DNA of 57,314 nt. It comes from a virus. Taxonomy: Duplodnaviria; Caudoviricetes. Location of the stretch: positions 1 through 57,314 of the IMG/VR virus record IMGVR_UViG_3300020438_000044, one strand, 5' to 3'. This document shows, in pieces, positions 8,170-17,133 of this stretch. Made by a program: the position numbers and the translations under genes. The notes under the pieces are model-generated. The model searched no databases. It was given only the letters and a program-made list of their open reading frames with translations, and was not told the DNA's origin. Each line of letters starts with the position of its first letter. The stretch's first letter is position 1.

Positions 8170-8738
8170 TACTTATCTCCCCTCGGTGGTTCGCCTTTCT
8201 CACACATATAGAAGTGAGAGAAATTTCCCTCTTCATTCATGTGAGAACATGAAAGTATCATCGACATTAACATCTCCTTGTTCTTGTCTTTGACACAACT
8301 CGCAGAATTGTATATCAAATCCATGCCTTCAAGCACGTCTCCAACATAGCGATACAAAACATCGACCATCTCTTTCATCAATGCCTCGTCTGCGAATGCC
8401 ATAGGTGGACACAAATGAGGTTGGAAAGCATACTTACCTGCAATCTCACGTAACTTCTCGTCCATCATCACTTTAGAAAATACAGATGGGGTCTTGACAG
8501 ACGGAAACCTTTTGCGATATTCTTCTCGTGACGTTGAAGTGTAACCATTTGCTCCTTTCTTTGTGTTAGACTTCCTCGATTGTGTGTACTGAAACAGAGA
8601 AGGGGTAGGATTAGAAATATTTTTTTCATTTGTTCCTCCCAAAACAGAAGCCTGCTCCTTCTCAACCACACCTAAGTCTTCTAGCTTTTTGTTCGCAATC
8701 TTCTGCGTTATGTTAGATTTTTCTTTCTTTAAAGTCAT
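8169..8738 (-). CDS. Hypothetical protein
   Basis: AAGGAGG RBS; 189 aa. Confidence 0.75.
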   Translation of the reverse strand: MTLKKEKSNITQKIANKKLEDLGVVEKEQASVLGGTNEKNISNPTPSLFQYTQSRKSNTKKGANGYTSTSREEYRKRFPSVKTPSVFSKVMMDEKLREIAGKYAFQPHLCPPMAFADEALMKEMVDVLYRYVGDVLEGMDLIYNSASCVKDKNKEMLMSMILSCSHMNEEGNFSHFYMCEKGEPPRGDK

Positions 8739-8904
8739 TGTCGACCTCCTTACATATTGTTGAAATTTTATCGTAATTGTCTGACTTGAGCCTCGCTTTG
8801 TCTACTCGCTTGCCAACCTCAAACCAAAACCTAAACTGCATACCACGTGAGGGATACAACTTCAGCCAGTGATTATGTATTGTTACTGGTTTCATCATTC
8901 CCAT
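8713..8904 (-). CDS. Hypothetical protein
   Basis: TAATG coupling to the CobT-like gene. Confidence 0.6.
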   Translation of the reverse strand: MGMMKPVTIHNHWLKLYPSRGMQFRFWFEVGKRVDKARLKSDNYDKISTICKEVDNDFKERKI

Positions 8905-10790
8905 TATGCAGACCTCCTATTGATACCAACCTTCGTACCCAATAGCATTTGTGATAGCTCGCCCATCGCACTCTTGGCAAGCTCTTCTACAGTCTCCACT
9001 ACTACGTGGTTCGTGTAGTATCTCTTCACTGACTCATCACAGATGCCGATACCAACAACGTCTGTGTCTTTGTCAGCCTCAATGTTCTTGACAGTGCGTT
9101 CAAGATGTAACCTCAAGGACGTATCATAGTATGTGTCGCATGCAGGACTACCATCAGACAAGACGATTAACACTTTACGTTTCTCGTTCCTATCTTTAAG
9201 TCTGTCATATGCATACTGCACACTCTCGCCATCGACATTGTTGCCACCACTACACTGAGCAATCGTAGATATTGCACCCTTAGCCTCAAACAATCGCTCC
9301 TTGAAGTGCTTGAATATCCACATGTCAATGTTCTCCCAACGTGTATGCATACGTCTGTCTTCCCATTCTTTACTCCTTGATGGCTTGCCAGGCGTGTCTC
9401 CTCTACCACTATTGAACCCAAGTATCTCGTATGCAATACCAGTTCTGTCTACACATTCAGCAATCGCCATCGCACACATCATCGCAGTGTGAACCTTTCG
9501 ACCACCCATAGAACCACTCAAGTCAACAAGCATGGTCAACGCAGTATCCATCTCACGTCTATCAGCTTTCATCTTGAATACATTTGGCTTGCCGTTGAAC
9601 GCAGACGGAAACCTACGACTATCCAATCGTCCGTCCTCCTTGCCAAAGTCCCAATCTCTCTGCGACTTGGCGAACAATGCTCTCTCAATGGAACGTCTCA
9701 TCATGTTCACATCGCCTTGCATCATGTTCAACAACTGGTCGTAATGAGATGCTTGACCTTTCGCAAGTCTCAGATTGCCATACGAATACCGACCATACTT
9801 TCTCGCATCGTCAGTTCTGTGATGCCATCTGTCATGTGCAGTACTCTGTGCAGAGTATGAAGTACCTTTCTTCAAGTCACTGTGTTCTGATTGCGTTCTC
9901 TTCTTGACGTCATCAACTGCGTTCTTGTACTCAAACTCTTCACATACCTCGTCTTCCTCAAAGTCATTCGTGGAAGATTCGTTGCCACCTTGCTCGTTTG
10001 TGAACCTCTCGCTTGGCTTATCGCCCTTGCCTTCGTCCTCGCCATCTCCTTTCTTCTTGCCTTGGCTAACGTCTGAGTCTCCGTCTCCTTTCTTGCCTTT
10101 CTCGCCATCTCCTCCAGTGGGTGTGTCCTCTGGTGGTGGTGTCTTCTTGCGTGGTTCGATGTCACGTATCTCTTTCTCAATCTTCTTGGCAAGTGCAATC
10201 ACGTCCTTTGTATTCTTGCAATCGTCAATCTGCTTAGTCCATCTCTCCACCTTGGCTCTCACGTCTGCGTTTAACAAGTCCATGCACTCCTTGGCAAGGT
10301 TATCGCCATAGTCTTTGCGACCTTCCCATGTGATGGCAACTGGTGCAACCCATGTGAGATTGTCCATGTCTTCCTTGTCAAACCCACCAGTGTTTAATGC
10401 CTCCATGAAGTTGTCATTGACACAGTGAGACGTGGCAATGAGGTTCTGCTTTGAACCTGCATACTCGTCCATTACTTTCTTCTCCAAGTAAATGTCCTCA
10501 CATGCGTTCTGCAATGACATCAACAACTTGTTCCCCTTGTTATCCTTGGCGAACTTGTTGAGTTCTCTGAAGTTTGTGTGACGAATGTGACCACTCTCAT
10601 GGTCAACGTATCCACGCACGATAGATTGGTCATACGTACTTATGTCTTTCTCAAAGTCCATCGCTGGCAGTATGATGTTCTTCCCATCTGTGCAAGCATC
10701 TGTACCTTGGAACTCAACTGATACGTCTTCCTTCCTACCGAATACTGATGAGGTCTTGCGAACCTCGTGTTGAAATAAATCCGATTTCAT
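8904..10790 (-). CDS. CobT-like vWA-domain protein with N-terminal HExxH motif
   Basis: VDHESGH; acidic linker; GRLDSRR; MIDAS LVDLSGSM, NVDGESV, VLIVLSDGSP. Confidence 0.88.
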   Translation of the reverse strand: MKSDLFQHEVRKTSSVFGRKEDVSVEFQGTDACTDGKNIILPAMDFEKDISTYDQSIVRGYVDHESGHIRHTNFRELNKFAKDNKGNKLLMSLQNACEDIYLEKKVMDEYAGSKQNLIATSHCVNDNFMEALNTGGFDKEDMDNLTWVAPVAITWEGRKDYGDNLAKECMDLLNADVRAKVERWTKQIDDCKNTKDVIALAKKIEKEIRDIEPRKKTPPPEDTPTGGDGEKGKKGDGDSDVSQGKKKGDGEDEGKGDKPSERFTNEQGGNESSTNDFEEDEVCEEFEYKNAVDDVKKRTQSEHSDLKKGTSYSAQSTAHDRWHHRTDDARKYGRYSYGNLRLAKGQASHYDQLLNMMQGDVNMMRRSIERALFAKSQRDWDFGKEDGRLDSRRFPSAFNGKPNVFKMKADRREMDTALTMLVDLSGSMGGRKVHTAMMCAMAIAECVDRTGIAYEILGFNSGRGDTPGKPSRSKEWEDRRMHTRWENIDMWIFKHFKERLFEAKGAISTIAQCSGGNNVDGESVQYAYDRLKDRNEKRKVLIVLSDGSPACDTYYDTSLRLHLERTVKNIEADKDTDVVGIGICDESVKRYYTNHVVVETVEELAKSAMGELSQMLLGTKVGINRRSA

Positions 10791-10800
10791 ATTGTCCTCC

Positions 10801-12816
10801 TTATGTAAAGATTCTGTTTACGATACCTTTGAGTACGGCTCTGTCTTGTTGCGTACATCTATCGAGTATCACTGCTTCAAGTGCCTCGTTAGTAGCATCT
10901 CTGCTATTGAAGAGGGTAGTAAATGCCACCATAGTGTCTGCAAGTGAAAGCATACCACGTGGTGATATTGGCTGAAGCACTTTCGATGTAGTAAATGCTT
11001 CAAGATGTTCCTCAACATACTTGTTGAGTTGGTCACGTTGCTCGTCTTTCAACGCAGGAACTTTGTTCTTAATGAGTTGGTCACGTTGAGCAATGTCAAG
11101 GTATGGCACACTGACCCATATGGTAAATCTGTCTATCATCGCCATACTCTGTGGTCTTGCTCCTTGATACATACCGAACTCATCGCCTTGACCTACTGTG
11201 TTACCAGTGGCAATCATTCTGAACTGTGGGTGTGGTTGAACGACACGTCCTCCGTCTTCTGTCAGCATCAATCCGTTACCCTCAAATGCTCTCTGCATCA
11301 CATAAGCAACGTCTGGTCTGATGAAGTCAATTTCGTCAAAGCAACCAATGCATGGTGTGGACATCATCTTTGGCAAGATACCCTCAACGAACTTGGACTC
11401 CGTAGCACCACTTGCACCAGTAGTCAGCACGTCTCTGCCAAGTAAGTCCATACGTGTGACCTCACTATCAAAGTTCACTCTCATGAATGGGAAGAGCAAT
11501 CTCGCACATATCTGCTCAACCAACGTGGTCTTGCCACTACCAGTGTGACCATGAATGTAGATACGTTGATTAGTAACCAACCCATGCAGAACTCTCAGCA
11601 AGCTTGATGGTCTGAACACATATCCGTGGTCAATCGCAGGGACGTAAGGGTGTGGACTATCCCATTCCCACACGAGAATGTCGAAGTCGAACATCTTTTT
11701 ACTCGAAGATGGAATGTCGAATACCTCATGTGCTTTCTTGGTCACTTGTTTGCCACTTGGTATCTCGCCACTCGCTTTGACCTCTGATGGTTTGACAGAC
11801 GTTACAGACATACGTGATAGTCTGCTCTCCATGTCTTTGAGTTGTGCCTCTATGTCATTCCTCACACGTTCACTCTCGTCAAAGTCTCTCGATAGTTGCT
11901 CAATGTTTGCCAACCCAACTGTCTTCAACGTCATGTTCACAAGGTTAAGGCTATCTTTACTCGCCTTCTTTACGATGTCAGACACAGAAGTACGTTTAGA
12001 TGTCGGCTCAGTTTTTAACCCAATAGGTGAACGCATTTGTGCAAGGTGGTAGACAACGTGAGTTACAATGCCATTGAATGGAACACCTTTCTCTGCGAGT
12101 TTCTCTGCTTGTCTCTCCCATTGACCATACTTGTCAGTGAAATCTCTAGCAACCAATGGCTCGTTCTCCATGAGAGCATCTAAGCCGTGCATCTTTGGCT
12201 CGAAGTCATTTGTGTCCCATGTATCGCCAAAGTTCTCGAACACCACTTTCATAGCCACTACGATGTCATTCGTCTCGACTTGGTAGTCTGTCAATAAGCA
12301 CGTCTTTGAGACAATGGCTAACATTGCAGATGCACCGAGTGCATTTGCATCAAAGCAATCAATCTCTTCGGCATCAATGGCAGTCCATGCAAGTGATGAC
12401 CTGCTTTTTGTCCCTGCTATCCAACGTAATCTTTCTTGGTGCAACTCGTCTGACACTTCTTTACCTCTGCCAAAGTCGTATCCACTGTGTGTCTTCGAGT
12501 TTGGAAAGCCATAACGAGTTGGGTCAAGTAGTGCATCAAGCACGTTACTGCAACCATAGTCGTTGAATACGATGTCAAACAACGCAGGAATTGAACAAGC
12601 CATGATGACACCACTCACAGTTGGTTTGTAGTCTGGCATTGTTGCGTGAGTACAACGTCTCTTTAGGTCTGCAATATCCACAGAGTTGTTTTTGTGAAAC
12701 TCTGCAAGTATTGGCGAAGCTAGGCTACGTAAGTGACTTCGCATTTTGCCATAGTCGTATTGGCTGAGGGTGTAAAGTTTGTCCCTCATGTGGTTTACTC
12801 TCTTCTCATCAATCAT
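10801..12816 (-). CDS. CobS-like MoxR-clade AAA+ ATPase with long N-terminal extension
   Basis: GHTGSGKT, VNFDSEVTRMDLLG, FDEID..RPDV, ATGNTVGQGD, DRF; AAGGAGG RBS places the start at 12816. Confidence 0.9.
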   Translation of the reverse strand: MIDEKRVNHMRDKLYTLSQYDYGKMRSHLRSLASPILAEFHKNNSVDIADLKRRCTHATMPDYKPTVSGVIMACSIPALFDIVFNDYGCSNVLDALLDPTRYGFPNSKTHSGYDFGRGKEVSDELHQERLRWIAGTKSRSSLAWTAIDAEEIDCFDANALGASAMLAIVSKTCLLTDYQVETNDIVVAMKVVFENFGDTWDTNDFEPKMHGLDALMENEPLVARDFTDKYGQWERQAEKLAEKGVPFNGIVTHVVYHLAQMRSPIGLKTEPTSKRTSVSDIVKKASKDSLNLVNMTLKTVGLANIEQLSRDFDESERVRNDIEAQLKDMESRLSRMSVTSVKPSEVKASGEIPSGKQVTKKAHEVFDIPSSSKKMFDFDILVWEWDSPHPYVPAIDHGYVFRPSSLLRVLHGLVTNQRIYIHGHTGSGKTTLVEQICARLLFPFMRVNFDSEVTRMDLLGRDVLTTGASGATESKFVEGILPKMMSTPCIGCFDEIDFIRPDVAYVMQRAFEGNGLMLTEDGGRVVQPHPQFRMIATGNTVGQGDEFGMYQGARPQSMAMIDRFTIWVSVPYLDIAQRDQLIKNKVPALKDEQRDQLNKYVEEHLEAFTTSKVLQPISPRGMLSLADTMVAFTTLFNSRDATNEALEAVILDRCTQQDRAVLKGIVNRIFT

Positions 12817-12841
12817 AAAGTCCTCCTTGTGTGTAATGATG

Positions 12842-12870
12842 ATTGTAATCAATGAATGACAGTTTGTCAA
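12842..12870 (-). promoter_or_regulatory. Near-consensus sigma70 promoter driving the CobS/CobT-integrase operon
   Basis: TTGACA-17-TACAAT. Confidence 0.85.
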
Positions 12871-12966
12871 CCCCCTATTGTGTCGTGATAAATAAATAAT
12901 GGAAAGTTGACAAAAACTGTCCCTCTATAATAAGTCCTTCGGACTAGGTGTGTGTGTGTCTGTGCG

Positions 12967-13458
12967 TTAGTTTAACCAATAAGGTTTTCTACTGTGTTTC
13001 CATCTCGCAAAGGAGAGTTTGTCTAGCTTGTAGAAGTCTCTGTACGCATTGATAGGATAGTCCTCGTCCGTCTTGATGGACTCATATTGTTGTCCAAAGC
13101 ATTGAGGGTGCTTTGTAATCTTGCCCTTTGGAATGTGATTCATTCCTCTCATGATTGCATGGAACGGCTTTCTTGCTCCGTGCATTCTTCGGTATCGCAC
13201 CTTGTATTCTAACAACATGCACCAATACAACATGAAAGCGAACTTGAAGTTTGCTCGTGTCTCCATGCACCATAAAGTGCATGGGTGTTTCTGATGTACT
13301 GGCTTGTACAAGTTGTTCTCAAAGGCGAACTCTGCGTTGTGATGCCACAGTGCAGTGCAAAGCATCTGTGCCTCTTCGAGTGGCATCTTCACAATGTGTT
13401 GGTCGCATAGAGATTCGGCTATGCTTTGTGGGTTACGTTCGATAAGGAATCGGTTCAT
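12967..13458 (-). CDS. Pyrimidine-dimer DNA glycosylase (DenV/endonuclease V-like family)
   Basis: MNRF...LCDQHIVKMPLEEAQML...HQKHPCTLW...AYRDFY..DK. Confidence 0.8.
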   Translation of the reverse strand: MNRFLIERNPQSIAESLCDQHIVKMPLEEAQMLCTALWHHNAEFAFENNLYKPVHQKHPCTLWCMETRANFKFAFMLYWCMLLEYKVRYRRMHGARKPFHAIMRGMNHIPKGKITKHPQCFGQQYESIKTDEDYPINAYRDFYKLDKLSFARWKHSRKPYWLN

Positions 13459-13745
13459 GTATTGCTACCTTTCTTCCACTTGTCGAACACACCCTTGATG
13501 ATGTTGTCGTTGCCTTCGATGGCTTTCTTGATTTCGTCATCGCTCATTTCGATAGGAGTTGAGAACGTGACACCAATCGACTCTTCTGGCACGTCAAACA
13601 CCTCGTCTGTAATATCAGACGCAAAGTCTGTCTGGTTTGCCGTGATGTCGTTCATCAAGTCTGCGTTAGCATCTGCCTCGCTATCGGCTTCGATTATTGT
13701 CGTGTAGGTTGTCGTCTTCGACCATTCAAATGTGTATTTCGGCAT
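13455..13745 (-). CDS. Small acidic early protein (96 aa)
   Basis: GGAGG RBS before ATG 13745; about 21 Asp/Glu. Confidence 0.75.
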   Translation of the reverse strand: MPKYTFEWSKTTTYTTIIEADSEADANADLMNDITANQTDFASDITDEVFDVPEESIGVTFSTPIEMSDDEIKKAIEGNDNIIKGVFDKWKKGSNT

Positions 13746-13936
13746 TAGTTCCTCCATGTACCAGTTGTTGTCTCGTAGGGAATGAAAGCACACGGCATCG
13801 TCTCCCACGTGCCGTTTGCAAAGTACTCTTTCGTGCCACAACCAACCATGAACTCAAGCAATATGAGCATGAAAAGATGTGCTATGAATATGATTGAGAT
13901 GAATACACCTATGGCTTTTAGTTTTGTGATAAACAT
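13745..13936 (-). CDS. Small membrane protein
   Basis: N-terminal hydrophobic helix ending in VGCG; TAATG coupling. Confidence 0.65.
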   Translation of the reverse strand: MFITKLKAIGVFISIIFIAHLFMLILLEFMVGCGTKEYFANGTWETMPCAFIPYETTTGTWRN

Positions 13937-14085
13937 GTTGTCGCCTTTCGTTGTTGTCTGCGTTGTTGTCTACGTTCCAAGAGCCTAGCTTGTTTCTCGG
14001 CTCGTAGTAAAGCGATAATGTTGCCGTGGTTGTACTCACGTTCTATGAGCCGTTGTAGTCGATGTTGTCGATGTTGTTGTCGCAT
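13918..14085 (-). CDS. R/Q-rich small protein (55 aa)
   Basis: GGAGGT RBS before ATG 14085. Confidence 0.55.
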   Translation of the reverse strand: MRQQHRQHRLQRLIEREYNHGNIIALLRAEKQARLLERRQQRRQQRKATTCLSQN

Positions 14086-14108
14086 ATTTACCTCCATGCG
14101 TCTGTGTG

Positions 14109-14152
14109 AAAAAAAAAGAAAAAAAAAGCAGAGACGCATTTGCGCCTCTGCT
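14109..14152 (-). terminator. Rho-independent terminator after the first early gene
   Basis: AGCAGAGGCGCA-AA-TGCGTCTCTGCT stem followed by a long T tract on the minus strand. Confidence 0.85.
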
Positions 14153-14160
14153 CATGTTGG

Positions 14161-14460
14161 TTACTTCGCTTTCTTCATGAAAGCTTGAACGATTTCGACC
14201 AACTCAGCTTTGCTGAGTGATGCGATTGATTGGTCAACCTTCGGAGAAGCCTTTGGCTTTGCCTTAGCCTTCGGCTTGCCTTCGAGTTGGCTGAGAAACA
14301 GTGTCCACTGTTTGCCGTGAAAGGAATCGCCTTTCTTCGAAATCATGTGCTTGCAACGTGCGATGGCTTGTGCCTTCGTCTTCGTGCCTTGTTCGAGTGC
14401 ATCGACCCATTCCTTGCGACTCTGCACCTTTGGTGCTACGTGTGTTTCTTTTTTCGCCAT
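14161..14460 (-). CDS. Basic (K/A-rich) protein, first gene of the early block
   Basis: GGAGG RBS before ATG 14460; KPKAKAKPKA tract. Confidence 0.8.
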   Translation of the reverse strand: MAKKETHVAPKVQSRKEWVDALEQGTKTKAQAIARCKHMISKKGDSFHGKQWTLFLSQLEGKPKAKAKPKASPKVDQSIASLSKAELVEIVQAFMKKAK

Positions 14461-14815
14461 GAGAACCTCCATTTGGCTGTTTGATTTCGACAACTATAAA
14501 GTCCTTCGGAGTGCGTACCTGTCTGTGTGTGTGAGGATTTTAACCCATTGTTTTGATTGACTTTGTGGTCTGCGAAGGTATTGTTTAGGCGTGTGTACGT
14601 TAATGTTTTGAAACGTGCAGACACATATACGAGGAAAATCCCCTTTTTTAGGGGATAAAAACGTAACAAATTCAACGCTTTAGCGTTACATGCGTCATAT
14701 GTGTGTCATGTATGTGTATACAGACGAGCTAGGGGGGGGTATGCCATCGAACGGCTTTTGGAAATTTGGAGAGTCACCTCCCCACCCCCACAACTTATCG
14801 GAGTAATTATTGAAA

Positions 14816-15271
14816 ATGTCTGAAAACGTGGTACAAATAACTTGTAAGACATGTGGAAAGAAGTTTAACACTAGGAAATCACATGAATTTCGTAGAAAGT
14901 TCTGTTCACATGAGTGTAGAAAACTAGAAAAAGAAGTAAAACAAATGAAAGCAGTAGCAAAGAAGATAGATGAAGTTAAATTAAGTCCTGCTATGTCTGC
15001 AAACATACGTGGTGAGATAGCTTCATACGTTAAAGACCAAATAAATCTTGCACATACAGTAGTATTAGGTCATACAGAATGGAATCCTACCCAAGCTAGA
15101 GTGTTTGGAATGCTCTTGAACAAGGTAGTGCCAGACTTAAACGCTAATTTTGTACAGCATGAGGTCAACATGAAACAATTAACAGACTTATCTAGGGAAG
15201 AACTAGAGCAAATCGCTCAAGGTGTGTCTGAAATAGACGTTCAAGGAGAAACCATTGAAGATAACAAATAA
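14816..15271 (+). CDS. terS: Terminase small subunit (N-terminal zinc finger)
   Basis: CKTC...FCSHEC; LLNKVVPDL motif; LTDLSREELEQI tail; upstream of TerL. Confidence 0.7.
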   Translation: MSENVVQITCKTCGKKFNTRKSHEFRRKFCSHECRKLEKEVKQMKAVAKKIDEVKLSPAMSANIRGEIASYVKDQINLAHTVVLGHTEWNPTQARVFGMLLNKVVPDLNANFVQHEVNMKQLTDLSREELEQIAQGVSEIDVQGETIEDNK

Positions 15272-15476
15272 ACAAAAGGACGCAAAGCCTTCTAATATAA
15301 CTTTACAGGACTTAGGCAAGGCAATGTCGCAGATAGACCTAAGCAATGTGCCACCAAACAAGATACAGAACGCAGTATTCGACCAATTCATGAGAGTAAT
15401 GCAAGACACAGTGCAGTGTGGCAAGACATCATACGAGATAAAGCAAAGCAGAAGGCTTAGAAACAGACTTGGCTAA
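15255..15476 (+). CDS. Hypothetical protein
   Basis: AAGGAG RBS, TTG start, fills the TerS-TerL gap. Confidence 0.65.
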   Translation: MKITNKQKDAKPSNITLQDLGKAMSQIDLSNVPPNKIQNAVFDQFMRVMQDTVQCGKTSYEIKQSRRLRNRLG

Positions 15477-17094
15477 ACTATCTCAGGCAGAAGTCGCCAA
15501 GTATCTACTAAAACTAAGGGATTCTCAGGAATCATTCATAGGTTTTGTACGTTTACAGTACCCAGAATGGGAACTTGCAGACTTCCAAGTAGAATTAATC
15601 AACACATTAGACAGATTAGAGAAAGGAACTCTAGGAAAGAACAACCTTCTCATTACTATGCCACCACGTCACGCCAAATCTACCTTTGGCACAGTCCTAT
15701 TCCCTTCATATTACATGGCTAAGAAGCCAAACAGGTTCACAATGTCCTGTTCCTACAACTCACAACTTGCCACAGACTTTGGCAGACAGATACGTGGGGT
15801 GGTAGAGCAGAAAAACATGAACCAAGCCTTCAAAGACTTTCACTTATCAAGAGATAGCCGTGCCGCAGACGTGTGGCGTACCGAAAGTGGTGGCGCATAC
15901 TTCGCTGTGGGTATCGGTGGTACAACATCTGGACGTCCTGCCAACTTATTAATAGTCGATGACCCAATCAAGTCTCGTGAAGAAGCAGAATCCATGACCC
16001 AACGCAACAAGACATGGAACTATTACACATCAGCACTGGCTACACGTCTTCAACCAGAAAGCGATGGGACTCCTCCACGCCAGATAATAATTTTAACACG
16101 TTGGCATGTGGACGACCTTGCAGGTCGCCTCATGCAGACCGAAGATTGGCAAGAAGGTAGGTGGGAACACGTCAACTTTCCTGCTATCAAAGAAGTAACG
16201 TCAGGTAAAATGAGCAGAAGAATGCTATCAGAAGACGACCCCAACTATCTAACTTCAGAACAGTATTCCAAAGTATCTCCTGCCAAAAGAAACATATCCA
16301 CAACTCAAGAAGAACCATTGTGGAAAGAAAGGTTTCCATTAGACGAACTCAAAAGACGTGAGCGTCTCAACCCACGTGAGTTTGCAAGTCTATACCAACA
16401 GATGCCATACGTAGAAGGTGGTAACTTAATCAAAACAGAATGGTGGCAAAAGTTTCCAGAAGGTCTAACCCCAGAAAACTTTACAAGCTTAGTCATTGGC
16501 GTAGACACAGCCTTCAAGAAGACAGAGACAGCAGACTACTCAGCAGCAGTAGTGGCAGGCATGGATAGAAACGGAGACATGTACATCATAGAAATAGTCC
16601 GTGGCAAGTACGACTTCCCAGAACTCAAGCAACGCCTCATACGCCTCAACAACAAGTGGAGAGGAAAAGGACTCCGTGGCTTATACATAGAAGACAAGGC
16701 ATCTGGTCAATCAATCATACAGGAACTCAAAAGAGAGAGTGGCATATCAATCATTCCATACAAAGTTGTACACGACAAGGTAGCAAGAGTGAACGCTATC
16801 CTCCCTCTCATAGAGGGAGGAAGAGTATACCTTCCACAGACAGCAGATTGGTTAGACTCATTCATAGACGAGACAGTTCAGTTCCCATCTGCCAATCATG
16901 ACGACCAAGTAGATGCCATGACAATAGCACTAGACACACTATCCAGAACCCATGTTGGCTCAGAAGCATGGGAACTTCAAGGCAGTATGTCATCACTCAA
17001 TAATGTTTCACGTGAAACATTGGGCAAGTCTCTATTAGACACAGCAACAAAAATTAAATCTAAATGGACAGGTTGGGGATTGCCGTCTAATTAA
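15469..17094 (+). CDS. terL: Terminase large subunit
   Basis: MPPRHAKS Walker A, LIVDDP Walker B, nuclease GVDTA, YIEDKASG, HDDQVDA. Confidence 0.97.
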   Translation: MAKLSQAEVAKYLLKLRDSQESFIGFVRLQYPEWELADFQVELINTLDRLEKGTLGKNNLLITMPPRHAKSTFGTVLFPSYYMAKKPNRFTMSCSYNSQLATDFGRQIRGVVEQKNMNQAFKDFHLSRDSRAADVWRTESGGAYFAVGIGGTTSGRPANLLIVDDPIKSREEAESMTQRNKTWNYYTSALATRLQPESDGTPPRQIIILTRWHVDDLAGRLMQTEDWQEGRWEHVNFPAIKEVTSGKMSRRMLSEDDPNYLTSEQYSKVSPAKRNISTTQEEPLWKERFPLDELKRRERLNPREFASLYQQMPYVEGGNLIKTEWWQKFPEGLTPENFTSLVIGVDTAFKKTETADYSAAVVAGMDRNGDMYIIEIVRGKYDFPELKQRLIRLNNKWRGKGLRGLYIEDKASGQSIIQELKRESGISIIPYKVVHDKVARVNAILPLIEGGRVYLPQTADWLDSFIDETVQFPSANHDDQVDAMTIALDTLSRTHVGSEAWELQGSMSSLNNVSRETLGKSLLDTATKIKSKWTGWGLPSN

Positions 17095-17097
17095 TAG

Positions 17098-17127
17098 GAA
17101 GACAAATTAAAACTAAAAGAGTATACT
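17098..17127 (+). promoter_or_regulatory. Putative late promoter giving a leaderless portal mRNA
   Basis: GAAGAC-N18-TATACT; the portal ATG follows 6 nt later and has no SD. Confidence 0.6.
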
Positions 17128-17133
17128 TTTCAC

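Noticed and set aside
8904-12816. Cobalamin-biosynthesis auxiliary metabolic genes
   Set aside because: No CobN or other cob genes, and the domain architecture differs from host CobS
12907-12931. Plus-strand TTGACA...TATAAT promoter
   Set aside because: Spacer is only 13 nt; better explained as the inverted repeat
13945-14085. GTTGT(C/T)G short repeats as a possible array
   Set aside because: Irregular, and explained by the R/Q codons of the 55-aa ORF
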